From the IMG/VR virus record IMGVR_UViG_3300043446_005562, positions 124,001-188,000 of that record: a stretch of DNA of 64,000 nucleotides. The stretch is one strand, 5' to 3'. The notes below the pieces were generated by a model, which was not told the DNA's origin, searched no databases, and was given only the letters and a program-made list of their open reading frames with translations. Positions within the stretch are counted from its first letter, which is position 1; every line of letters starts with the position of its first letter. A program made the position numbers and the translations under genes. Shown here piece by piece: positions 56,283 through 64,000 of the stretch.

Positions 56283-56836
56283 TACCAAAATCCTGGGTAA
56301 GTTTTACCTCCCCATAGATGCGCGTAGCGGTTAATGCGACAGGCCCAATAACCCGCTTTGGTCTTGTCCTTTTTTTGACTGCACTGGTGTCTTGCAGCAA
56401 AAGAGGCTCTGGCCTTGGGATTGCTCACCTTTGCGGTCAACCCGCCGTGAACATCGCCAAATGAAATCTTTTTTACATTACCTGTTTTGGGATTCTTAAC
56501 GTAGACATGATACTTCTTTTCTCCACCGCGCTGTGGATATCCAAGCCTAACCTCCTTACCATGATACTTGGCCTCATTGAGCTCAAGCTCTTCGATTGGA
56601 AAGTCTAGCGGCACGATTTGACCCTCATAAAGATCAGTTTTACCCAAATCGGTCTCAATAAAAAGAATCTTATCGACACCGGTGAAATTCATTTCGCCAG
56701 CATCGAATCGGGTACGTGCCTCAACCAGCAGTTGAATATGAGCTTTGCTGCCGGGTCTAAAAATTGACTCGGTCACAGACATTCCTCGGTCGAGGTGATA
56801 CTGTAGATTCTCAGATATTAGGGTTGGATTTACCAT
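56282..56836 (-). CDS. Conserved phage protein with His/Cys-containing basic C-terminal domain
   Basis: LNEAKY, KKISFGD, ARASFAARHQC and KAGYWACR, a pattern seen in aquatic myovirus hypothetical proteins. Confidence 0.65.
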   Translation of the reverse strand: MVNPTLISENLQYHLDRGMSVTESIFRPGSKAHIQLLVEARTRFDAGEMNFTGVDKILFIETDLGKTDLYEGQIVPLDFPIEELELNEAKYHGKEVRLGYPQRGGEKKYHVYVKNPKTGNVKKISFGDVHGGLTAKVSNPKARASFAARHQCSQKKDKTKAGYWACRINRYAHLWGGKTYPGFW

Positions 56837-57279
56837 GCTTCATTCATTGGAACAATTTGACCGCCACACTCGCAAGTCATGTCTTCGTTGCACTCATAGG
56901 CTTCATAGGTCATATTACACTCATTACAAGTGTACGCGCCAGCCGATTCGTCAAGCTCATCACCAAATTTTTTGATTGGACCCTCGGCTCCAGCCTCAGG
57001 TGCTTCGGTCATTTCATTTATCAAGAAGTTTGCAACCTCCTCAATATCGTCCTTTGATGTTGCAATATGATCAGCTGCCCAGTCGTGACCATTGTGCAAT
57101 AGTTCATCAACTTTAGCTGGATCCATTTTTAACATGGCATCAACGTGACGTTTAATCGTTTCAAGATTACCAAAGAACATGTAGTGATCAGCTTCATGAT
57201 TGCCAGCTTGATCAACTTCAGGATTTGACATTTCTGGATCCTGTTCAAAGGCTTCAAATGTTTTTACTAGGTTTTTCAT
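56830..57279 (-). CDS. Hypothetical late protein with CTS-like leader and C-terminal zinc ribbon
   Basis: MKNLVKTFEAFEQ; HDWAADHI; CNEC...CECGG. Confidence 0.6.
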   Translation of the reverse strand: MKNLVKTFEAFEQDPEMSNPEVDQAGNHEADHYMFFGNLETIKRHVDAMLKMDPAKVDELLHNGHDWAADHIATSKDDIEEVANFLINEMTEAPEAGAEGPIKKFGDELDESAGAYTCNECNMTYEAYECNEDMTCECGGQIVPMNEAW

Positions 57280-57287
57280 CTATTCTA

Positions 57288-58799
57288 TTAGTTATTTTGG
57301 TTTATAAAATCTGAGAATTCCAAGATGTGACTTGTCTTCTTCTTTTTTTTCTTTTTGGTTGGATTAAAATTATCACCGGAACCCAGCGTAGTTGCGGTTG
57401 GCGGCGTGATTGGGCCCATAGCACCAATTGAGCCGGGCACTTGAATCGCCATGCCGGGTGCTGAGCCAGCCTCTTCAAAAGCCGCTTCCTTTTTAGTGTC
57501 CAACGCCGCTGTGCCGGGAATGAACATGCGACTTAGCGCATCCGCTTTCATCTCGCCCTCACGACCCTTTATCGCTTTACCGACAAGCTTGGCCGTGTTA
57601 TTTAGAGTTTTTGCGTATATGTTATGAATGTGTGAGCCAAAGTTAGCAAAGGCTTCGCCGGCTGGTGTCAGAGGCTTGCTTCCAGTTCCCAATAGAAAAT
57701 CCATTAATGATTGTAGACCTCTACGAAACTTCATTACTGCGCTCTCATCCGCGATCTGTTTGCCAGTCACAGGCAAAGAAACCTTTTCATAGAGTTTAAG
57801 TCGCTTGTTGAAATCAAAATGAATTCCCTTGGCCCTGTCCAGTTGCAGATCTTTGTTTTTCAACTTTGCAATCAGCGCAATCTCAGCCTTGTCCAGCATC
57901 TTTGATAATTCAGAAATGGTGTCCTCCTTGGATTGGCCCTGTAGAGCATTTATTTTTGCTCTGATTTGAGAAATTTCGGTTGTTAATTCCTTTTCGCTCT
58001 TGAAATCTGTGTACTTTAATTTGATAATTCTTTCCAGGACCTTGAGCTCTTCTCTGGAATAGGGTCTTTCGCCCATAAATCTTTCAAAGCGGTCTTCGCC
58101 GATCTGCTCCTTAACCTTGTCCTCGGTGTAGTCTTTTGCTCTGGCCAATTGATCCTTATCTTCATCGTTAAAGTCCTCAGTAATCTCATCTATTACGATC
58201 CATGAATCAATAATGTCTTCCGCAATCTGTTCCTTTTCTTGAGGGTCTTGACTCTTTTCGATTGAACTAAGATTTCTTTGATTTTGTTGAGCAGCCACCG
58301 TGATGAGAGTCACATAAGACTCCTGTAAGGTTCGCTGAACATCCTCAATCTTTTTTGAAATGTCTTCCGCCACTTTTTTAATCTGGGCGCTCTCCTTGGA
58401 TTTTAATTGACCGTATAGCTGATCCAATACGCTAATTCTCTTTGCGATTTGGCTCTGTTGAGCTGTCAAGCTCTTAAGTCTCTTCTTGTTTGCTTTACTG
58501 CCGCTGGCCAAAGCCTCTTTTATCTGATCGGTTATCTTTTGCAGGCGCTTCTTTGAATAGTCAAGATAGAACTCAACCGCCTGTTTGGTCTTGACAATAT
58601 CCGACTCTCTCCAAGAATCAACCTTGATTGATTTATCAATCATGCTGTCCAGGAATTTTTCCATTTCAGAGATTGCATTGAGCTGGTCTTGGGTCAATTG
58701 ATTAGAGTCCACATTGGGTTCTCCCGAGCTCGTCTGGATAAGATTTGCCTCGGTCAATAAATCTTCAATGTGCTTAAATCGTTTTACCTTTAGGAACAT
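57288..58799 (-). CDS. Coiled-coil late protein with CTS-like motifs at both ends
   Basis: MFLKVKRFKHIEDLLTE; C-terminus K8-TSHILEFSDFINQNN. Confidence 0.6.
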   Translation of the reverse strand: MFLKVKRFKHIEDLLTEANLIQTSSGEPNVDSNQLTQDQLNAISEMEKFLDSMIDKSIKVDSWRESDIVKTKQAVEFYLDYSKKRLQKITDQIKEALASGSKANKKRLKSLTAQQSQIAKRISVLDQLYGQLKSKESAQIKKVAEDISKKIEDVQRTLQESYVTLITVAAQQNQRNLSSIEKSQDPQEKEQIAEDIIDSWIVIDEITEDFNDEDKDQLARAKDYTEDKVKEQIGEDRFERFMGERPYSREELKVLERIIKLKYTDFKSEKELTTEISQIRAKINALQGQSKEDTISELSKMLDKAEIALIAKLKNKDLQLDRAKGIHFDFNKRLKLYEKVSLPVTGKQIADESAVMKFRRGLQSLMDFLLGTGSKPLTPAGEAFANFGSHIHNIYAKTLNNTAKLVGKAIKGREGEMKADALSRMFIPGTAALDTKKEAAFEEAGSAPGMAIQVPGSIGAMGPITPPTATTLGSGDNFNPTKKKKKKKTSHILEFSDFINQNN

Positions 58800-58804
58800 G
58801 TGAT

Positions 58805-59227
58805 TTACTTTTGTTGTAATAGATATTGAGTTTTATTGCTTAGGTCTAGAATCTCATCTACTAGATTATAGAGTTCAGAATCATCGTCCTTATCAAAGAT
58901 TTGTCTGAATGTTCCGCGTAGAGCGTCATTCACCAAGTCAAAGAAAACTGGCATTGCCATTTCATAATCATAGATCATGACAGCGGCTTCACCAAATTTA
59001 AGGTGTTGTGAACCGTATTTACCCGCGATTGCCTCAACCAGGGTGTCCATTTGATCAATGAAACCCTCATAGAACATGCCGAAATGACGATGTTCAGTAT
59101 CTAGGCCTGTTTGCCAGTGAATTATTTTTGCCTGATCGGCAATCTGCATTAACGAAAGCATGAAATAGCTGATTGTTGCTTTTTCTTGCATTTCTTGAGG
59201 TTCGGTTAAATCTTCCATTCCAAACAT
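58805..59227 (-). CDS. Ferritin/Dps-like four-helix bundle protein
   Basis: IIHWQT...EHRHFG.FYE..IDQMDTLVE..AGKYG...NLVDEIL...KTQYLL. Confidence 0.72.
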   Translation of the reverse strand: MFGMEDLTEPQEMQEKATISYFMLSLMQIADQAKIIHWQTGLDTEHRHFGMFYEGFIDQMDTLVEAIAGKYGSQHLKFGEAAVMIYDYEMAMPVFFDLVNDALRGTFRQIFDKDDDSELYNLVDEILDLSNKTQYLLQQK

Positions 59228-59409
59228 TATGATTTACGTAATTTTTGTCTCTTTTCCCAAGAACTAAACGGGGTCACCCAGAAGTTTCTTTCTACCTTTT
59301 TTTGTAGATAATCATATACATCATTGCCTTCCGGATGCTGCATTATGGCATTTTTTAGGGGTTCTTTACCCTTACGCCAATTGTCAACGTTCTTGTGAGT
59401 CTTTTCCAT
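59227..59409 (-). CDS. Small hypothetical late protein
   Basis: 60 aa; late box at 59416-59424, 6 nt upstream; TAATG coupling to the next gene. Confidence 0.6.
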   Translation of the reverse strand: MEKTHKNVDNWRKGKEPLKNAIMQHPEGNDVYDYLQKKVERNFWVTPFSSWEKRQKLRKS

Positions 59410-59424
59410 ACTAGGTTATTTATT

Positions 59425-59458
59425 AAAGCAAGAAGGGCCGCTTTTGGCGACCCTTTCT
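59425..59458 (-). terminator. Probable terminator after the 984-aa gene
   Basis: - strand AGGGTCGC-caaaa-GCGGCCCT followed by TCTTGCTTT. Confidence 0.65.
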
Positions 59459-59475
59459 AATAATGAGATTGGCTC

Positions 59476-62430
59476 TTACTTTATAACTATGCTAAAACGA
59501 TTGTGATTTTGCGGATCTGGCCAGTCCGGCCCGCCTGTACAGCGTAAATGCTTCTGGAATTCCTCAAAGCCCGAATCAACTTTAAAATAGGCAATTTTTG
59601 AGGTTTCTTTATCAACCACCATAAGTATCTTGAAGTCATCAACCTTTGCATAATACAGAAGAGAATGCCAGGCTAAAAAATCAATAAAATTTTGATACTC
59701 AATTTTTGTAGGAGTGTCGTTTTGAAAAAAATCCGAGATTCCTTTGCGCAAATTAGCTTTATGGCCGCAACCTTTTTCCCAAATTCCACCTGAAAAAATT
59801 TCTGAAAACCATTCAAAAAAGTCGTCCGGTTTTAGAGCAGACTCCTCAGAAATAATCTTGAAAAGAGGTTTCCATGTGTTAAGAAATCCTTTCTGTCTAA
59901 TATTGAACGCATTTAAACCATCTTTTGCAAAGCATTGATCCAAGAAGTTACTGACTTTCTGATTATTATTGACAAGACCGGCGAGTTCCGCTAATTTTGT
60001 TTCTATTATAAACTTACCGTTTGTAAAACCACCCTGCTTCGACGATACCAATCTTCCGCCGTTTCCTTTAACCTCAATGTTAATTTCACCAGCCGCAATA
60101 TCTCCTTCTCCAGATTTCTTCACACCATCTTGAAATAATATTGAAATCAATTCGCCAATACCTTTACCCTGAGTAGTTCCGGATTTAGTTGTTATCGAAA
60201 AATTTAGGATCTCACTAAATATCGTTGGATCAATTTCAGGAAAATCGGATTCATCTAATTTTCCTGAATTCTTCAGTCCTGAAATGTCATAACCACTAGA
60301 TTTTTCAATGTAGTCATACAGCTTATCTAGAGTCGGTTCGTGTCCGTGTGAAACCTCTGCGCATATTTGACTAAAACGATCAGCGTCAGTTTTTAGATAT
60401 CCACGATTTACAATTTCAGTGGATATGTTGTTCAACACCCCTGATGATTTATGAGTTGCAATAGATCTTTTGATTTGAGCTATTATTTTTTTGTAATCTT
60501 CTGGCGAGGATTGCCTTAGCGCAGCTAATTCTTGTTCAAACTCATCATCCATATTTAGAGGTGGAACCTCATTTGCGAATGTTGCCTCAACTGATTCATT
60601 TAATTTTGGCGAGGCCAACTCATTGATGTCTCGATTCATGTTAAAAAATTCGGAATGAATCGCGCCGGGAGCAGCCGCTTTGAAATTCTGATAGTCTTCG
60701 GATCTTAGAGAATTCATAATGGAATCCTTGACCCCAGCGATCGGTAATTCAATTAGAGCAACGTCATTTCTAAAATTAAGATTTCTTGAGCGTCTTTTTG
60801 CCAATTCCATCTGTAGTGCCAGATCCTTTATTCTACTCTTTGTACCTGAGATGATTACTGGTTCAAAATCCGGCTTTATTGCTCTTAATAGATTTTCAAC
60901 CTCGCCGTCCGGTACCATTCGATGACCGGTAACAAAACTTGGATGGTGGGTTGCTACTTTGTCCAAATAGCCCTTAACCGTTTCTTTTTTAAAGGGTTTC
61001 GTCTTGTTTACGGAGCCGTCGTGAATGCACACAAATAGGCATGGGAAACCATTCATATCAAACAGTTTCTGTGCGGATTTAAGATGACCTGGGTGAAATG
61101 GTTGAAAATCTGAAATGATTAGATTAACTCTTTTAGACTTTCTTTCCTCTTCTGGCACCTCCGCGAAAGTTTCAAAATAGCCGGGTTCAAGATCCTCTCC
61201 AACAAATTCACCAAATGTTGGAAAGTAATTTTCGTAAACCGCATCGCCTAATAACACATTACTAATCTTTTCAATTTGAGAAACAAGATTCGCGCGCATT
61301 GGCTTGGTAAAAAATGTTGAGCTCACCCTAATTGTCTTTTTTCTAAACATGTTCAAAAAGACACGATAGATCTCCTTGTAATTTGGGTTTGACTCAATTA
61401 GGTTTGTGACCTTTTTATTATGAATTAGGTTGTAATTAACGTTAAAGTCTTCTCTTTGTAAAAATTCTGGAATTTGAATGTCCAAATCAATGTACTTCTC
61501 TCCAAACTCAGCAATGAAATCAAGATAGATATGATTCACCAATGAGATATAGCGTTGCTCATAAGAATCGCCGCTTAGTTTAATATCACGTAATTCGCTT
61601 AATGAATATCTCTCAATGAAATTCATCAAGTCAATCACAATGATCCAAATGTAATCGTCCGATTTCTTTTGAACACGGTCCTGTGCCTTTTGTTTTGCGT
61701 TTGCCTGAAATACTGGATCAACCAACTTTGCCAAAAAGACAGAGTCTTCGGATTTATTTGCAGGATCGTAGAATCTAAATACTAGACCCTCAATGTCTTT
61801 GTCCAGCGTATCGCGTAAAAAAGTTGTTCCAAGCTCAGGATTTAGAACTGATACAATATATTTTGTGAATGATGTTGTCTTAAATTTATCAACCAATTCC
61901 TCAAACGGAGTATAGATGAACTCTTGAATTTTCTCCTTTTGATCTGGCGACAATTTGCCCTCAAATACAATCGGAGGTCTCTCAATCATGAGCAGGTCGG
62001 CCCATTTGTCAAGGGTCGCCTTGTCCTGAATGGTCTCTTTCATTTCGCCCTTATCATCAAGCACATGAATGTAGCTTAGGATAAGTCCATTTTTGGGCAA
62101 TCGGTCGTAGGCAATGGTCTGGGCTTTTGGGCTGGTAAACCATTCCATGCCAAAATGATAGTTTTCTGGAATCTGGGCTATGGTATCAGCCCCAAGGTTC
62201 TCAAAATGTCTAATAGCCGGTTCAAAGTAACGACTGAGTACTCGATCGATGTACGTAATTTCAGCGTTCCTTTTAAAGAAGCGGAACTTACTCGTATTAG
62301 GATCTTTTTGGGCGCCAAAGAAGGCCCCATCCATTTTTTCATTTACAATTACAGTTTTGTTTAAAAGGCCATCTAAGAAGTCCTTTCCGCGTTTGTCATA
62401 AACGTCTCTTAAGTGTGATAGTCCTGGCAT
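59476..62430 (-). CDS. Three-domain protein: ATP-dependent (RNA) ligase-like + HxGH nucleotidyltransferase-like + PD-(D/E)xK nuclease-like
   Basis: EKMDG (K32), GMEWF, DIEGLVFR and LAKLVD ligase motifs; FQPFHPGH at about aa 446; GKGIGE...GEGDI...IEVKG in the C-terminal third. Confidence 0.7.
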   Translation of the reverse strand: MPGLSHLRDVYDKRGKDFLDGLLNKTVIVNEKMDGAFFGAQKDPNTSKFRFFKRNAEITYIDRVLSRYFEPAIRHFENLGADTIAQIPENYHFGMEWFTSPKAQTIAYDRLPKNGLILSYIHVLDDKGEMKETIQDKATLDKWADLLMIERPPIVFEGKLSPDQKEKIQEFIYTPFEELVDKFKTTSFTKYIVSVLNPELGTTFLRDTLDKDIEGLVFRFYDPANKSEDSVFLAKLVDPVFQANAKQKAQDRVQKKSDDYIWIIVIDLMNFIERYSLSELRDIKLSGDSYEQRYISLVNHIYLDFIAEFGEKYIDLDIQIPEFLQREDFNVNYNLIHNKKVTNLIESNPNYKEIYRVFLNMFRKKTIRVSSTFFTKPMRANLVSQIEKISNVLLGDAVYENYFPTFGEFVGEDLEPGYFETFAEVPEEERKSKRVNLIISDFQPFHPGHLKSAQKLFDMNGFPCLFVCIHDGSVNKTKPFKKETVKGYLDKVATHHPSFVTGHRMVPDGEVENLLRAIKPDFEPVIISGTKSRIKDLALQMELAKRRSRNLNFRNDVALIELPIAGVKDSIMNSLRSEDYQNFKAAAPGAIHSEFFNMNRDINELASPKLNESVEATFANEVPPLNMDDEFEQELAALRQSSPEDYKKIIAQIKRSIATHKSSGVLNNISTEIVNRGYLKTDADRFSQICAEVSHGHEPTLDKLYDYIEKSSGYDISGLKNSGKLDESDFPEIDPTIFSEILNFSITTKSGTTQGKGIGELISILFQDGVKKSGEGDIAAGEINIEVKGNGGRLVSSKQGGFTNGKFIIETKLAELAGLVNNNQKVSNFLDQCFAKDGLNAFNIRQKGFLNTWKPLFKIISEESALKPDDFFEWFSEIFSGGIWEKGCGHKANLRKGISDFFQNDTPTKIEYQNFIDFLAWHSLLYYAKVDDFKILMVVDKETSKIAYFKVDSGFEEFQKHLRCTGGPDWPDPQNHNRFSIVIK

Positions 62431-62435
62431 AGTAT

Positions 62436-63023
62436 TTAGTCTAGTGAACCGAAATCGCCTCTGCTCATAGCTGCGGCAAATTCTCTATCGGCTTTTGAAT
62501 CTTTAGCGATATTAAGCCCGATAACGCGCTCGGCAATTTCCGGATTTTGTTTTAAAAATTTAATTAGGGCTCCTGTATCAATGTCCTGGTATTCTCCAGA
62601 TCCACCAAATTCAACAAGCTCTTTTTCTAACCTAAACATTGGCGATCTATTAGTCAGCTCAAGGTGCCAAATGCTAAACGTTATGATTTGACCGTTGCGC
62701 TCCATGTGATCGGCCATATCTGTCAAATCTTTGACTACGTCAGCTAACGCGTATTCCTTGTCCATTGCCCTGTCCCATTCGTTCCATTGCTTTCCATCAA
62801 CCTTTATGTTGATTGGAGTAGATGCGTTGGAGAATCCGGGCACCAATACAGTTTCCAGATTTGGGCACAGTTCAAATATTTCAGCCAGATCCACTGCAAA
62901 ATCCTCAATAGTTTCGCCCCTTAGACCGTGATCAGGTAGAAGACCCTTTGCTTTTAACCAGGCTCTGCGCTGTCTGTGAGCTGATTCGGCTATAAATTCG
63001 GTGAATCCTTTAAGATTTTTCAT
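62436..63023 (-). CDS. Hypothetical late protein with near-perfect T4-type capsid targeting sequence
   Basis: MKNLKGFTEFIAES compared with T4 MKTYQEFIAE; late box at 63040-63048. Confidence 0.7.
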   Translation of the reverse strand: MKNLKGFTEFIAESAHRQRRAWLKAKGLLPDHGLRGETIEDFAVDLAEIFELCPNLETVLVPGFSNASTPINIKVDGKQWNEWDRAMDKEYALADVVKDLTDMADHMERNGQIITFSIWHLELTNRSPMFRLEKELVEFGGSGEYQDIDTGALIKFLKQNPEIAERVIGLNIAKDSKADREFAAAMSRGDFGSLD

Positions 63024-63039
63024 GCAAGACACTTTCTTG

Positions 63040-63648
63040 TTATTTATTAGGCTCGATGCCTAAAAGTCTGTAACACTCAGCATTAAAGCTCTGGGCTGAT
63101 GCTGAATCAAAATGATTGAATGAAATGCTTAGGCCGTTATTTGAGCTTGAATTTGCAAGCCAGGTATTGCCAATATCCAATAGATGTGCCATGGTCGACT
63201 GTTCTTCTTGGGTTGAATGAGCTCCATCCCAAGTGTCCTTGGCTCTAGCTGAATCGCCGGTTTGGCCTGCAACCGATACGACCAGAGTTTTGCAATTTTT
63301 AAATAGATCAGAACTTAAGAGCGAAAAGTACTCTAACTCGGCTTTAGTTTTAGACAATCTGCCTCTAAGAATTGCCCATGTGTATGCTGAAACAATCGCT
63401 CGATCAAATATCCAAATCTTATCTTTGTATTCGGGCCGCTGATTCATTTCCATAATGGTCATGATGTTGCCAAGGCTAAAGTAGTGTAGGCTCGGACTCT
63501 TTTCATCGGAGACCATATCAAGAGTCTTGATGTGATTTGCGAAATAGAACTTGTAATACTCTAACCTTGGATCAGAGCACTCTTTTAAAAAGTTATTGAT
63601 TAAAAATGTTTTGCCCGAGTGTCTTGGGCCCTCAATGAATAATATCAT
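63040..63648 (-). CDS. P-loop deoxynucleoside monophosphate (thymidylate-like) kinase
   Basis: ILFIEGPRHSGKT; IFDRAIVSAY (DR..S motif of dTMP kinases). Confidence 0.75.
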   Translation of the reverse strand: MILFIEGPRHSGKTFLINNFLKECSDPRLEYYKFYFANHIKTLDMVSDEKSPSLHYFSLGNIMTIMEMNQRPEYKDKIWIFDRAIVSAYTWAILRGRLSKTKAELEYFSLLSSDLFKNCKTLVVSVAGQTGDSARAKDTWDGAHSTQEEQSTMAHLLDIGNTWLANSSSNNGLSISFNHFDSASAQSFNAECYRLLGIEPNK

Positions 63649-63998
63649 ACAATTCTAAGACGATCGGTCTCAGCAAATTCTTCAAGTGAACGCGCTGTAT
63701 CCCAATCAATTTTAATTATTTTACTCTTATCTACGAAAATAAAGTCGATATCGATGTTCAAGCCGGCGTCTAGGAACCAGGCTGTGTACTTTATGATCTC
63801 ATACAGGGAATCCTCAAAGATTGTAATTGAGGTGGCTTCATTTTGCCGAATCAAATCAATCGCTAATTCAGCCTTTTCGCCTTCCCGGCCCAAAAAGAAG
63901 GTTTTTTCAAATCTAATCTTGTGCTCGGCCAACAGCTCAATCACCCTTGGCTGACAAGCTTTCACTCGATGGGTTATCAAGTAGTTTAGGGCGTCATC
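63645..63998 (-). CDS. HAD-superfamily phosphatase (5'-partial)
   Basis: YLITHR (motif II), K, ITIFEDS (motif IV); frame is open to the window edge. Confidence 0.65.
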   Translation of the reverse strand, partial: DDALNYLITHRVKACQPRVIELLAEHKIRFEKTFFLGREGEKAELAIDLIRQNEATSITIFEDSLYEIIKYTAWFLDAGLNIDIDFIFVDKSKIIKIDWDTARSLEEFAETDRLRIV

Positions 63999-64000
63999 TT

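Noticed and set aside
1-64000. Stop-codon reassignment (TAG/TGA), as in some Bacteroidota jumbo phages
   Set aside because: Coding density is high in the standard code, and TAG/TGA end genes at expected C-termini (e.g. groEL TAG, dCMP deaminase TGA). The truncated polymerase ends in TAA.

Overview
This 64 kb window is a gene-dense segment of a T4-like (myovirus) jumbo phage genome read in the standard genetic code. The host is most likely Bacteroidota, inferred from Bacteroidota-type RNR, Hc1-like and PolB-exo-like genes, A-rich leaders without Shine-Dalgarno motifs, and signal peptides followed by Gln. The left half (+ strand, 1-32.3 kb) covers replication, nucleotide metabolism and chaperones: GroEL, GroES, ribosomal S1-like protein, NrdB/NrdA, histone H1-like protein, gp32 SSB, RNase H, gp56-like dCTPase/dUTPase, only the N-terminal half of a family B DNA polymerase, UvsX, gp41, gp47/SET-like/gp46, a thymidylate-synthase-family enzyme with the dCMP-type Asp, and dCMP deaminase. 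An inverted tail sheath gene sits within it. The right half (mostly - strand) is late and structural: tail tube, major capsid, prohead protease-scaffold fusion, DnaJ, a + strand glycosylation island, baseplate genes, many small uncharacterised genes, a 984-aa ligase/nucleotidyltransferase/nuclease fusion and a dNMP kinase. Two promoter classes can be read directly: about 18 late NATAAATAA boxes and 7 AAAC-N17-TA(T/C/A)NNN early/middle boxes. The strongest unexplained signal is a family of about 13 late proteins carrying a T4 capsid-targeting-like motif ([FY]-x-x-[FYW]-[ILV]-x-E). The same motif is tandemly repeated in the scaffold and sits at a domain junction of the 984-aa enzyme. This suggests a virion-cargo system of protease-processed proteins injected into the host. 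All calls come from motif recognition by eye; no searches were run.
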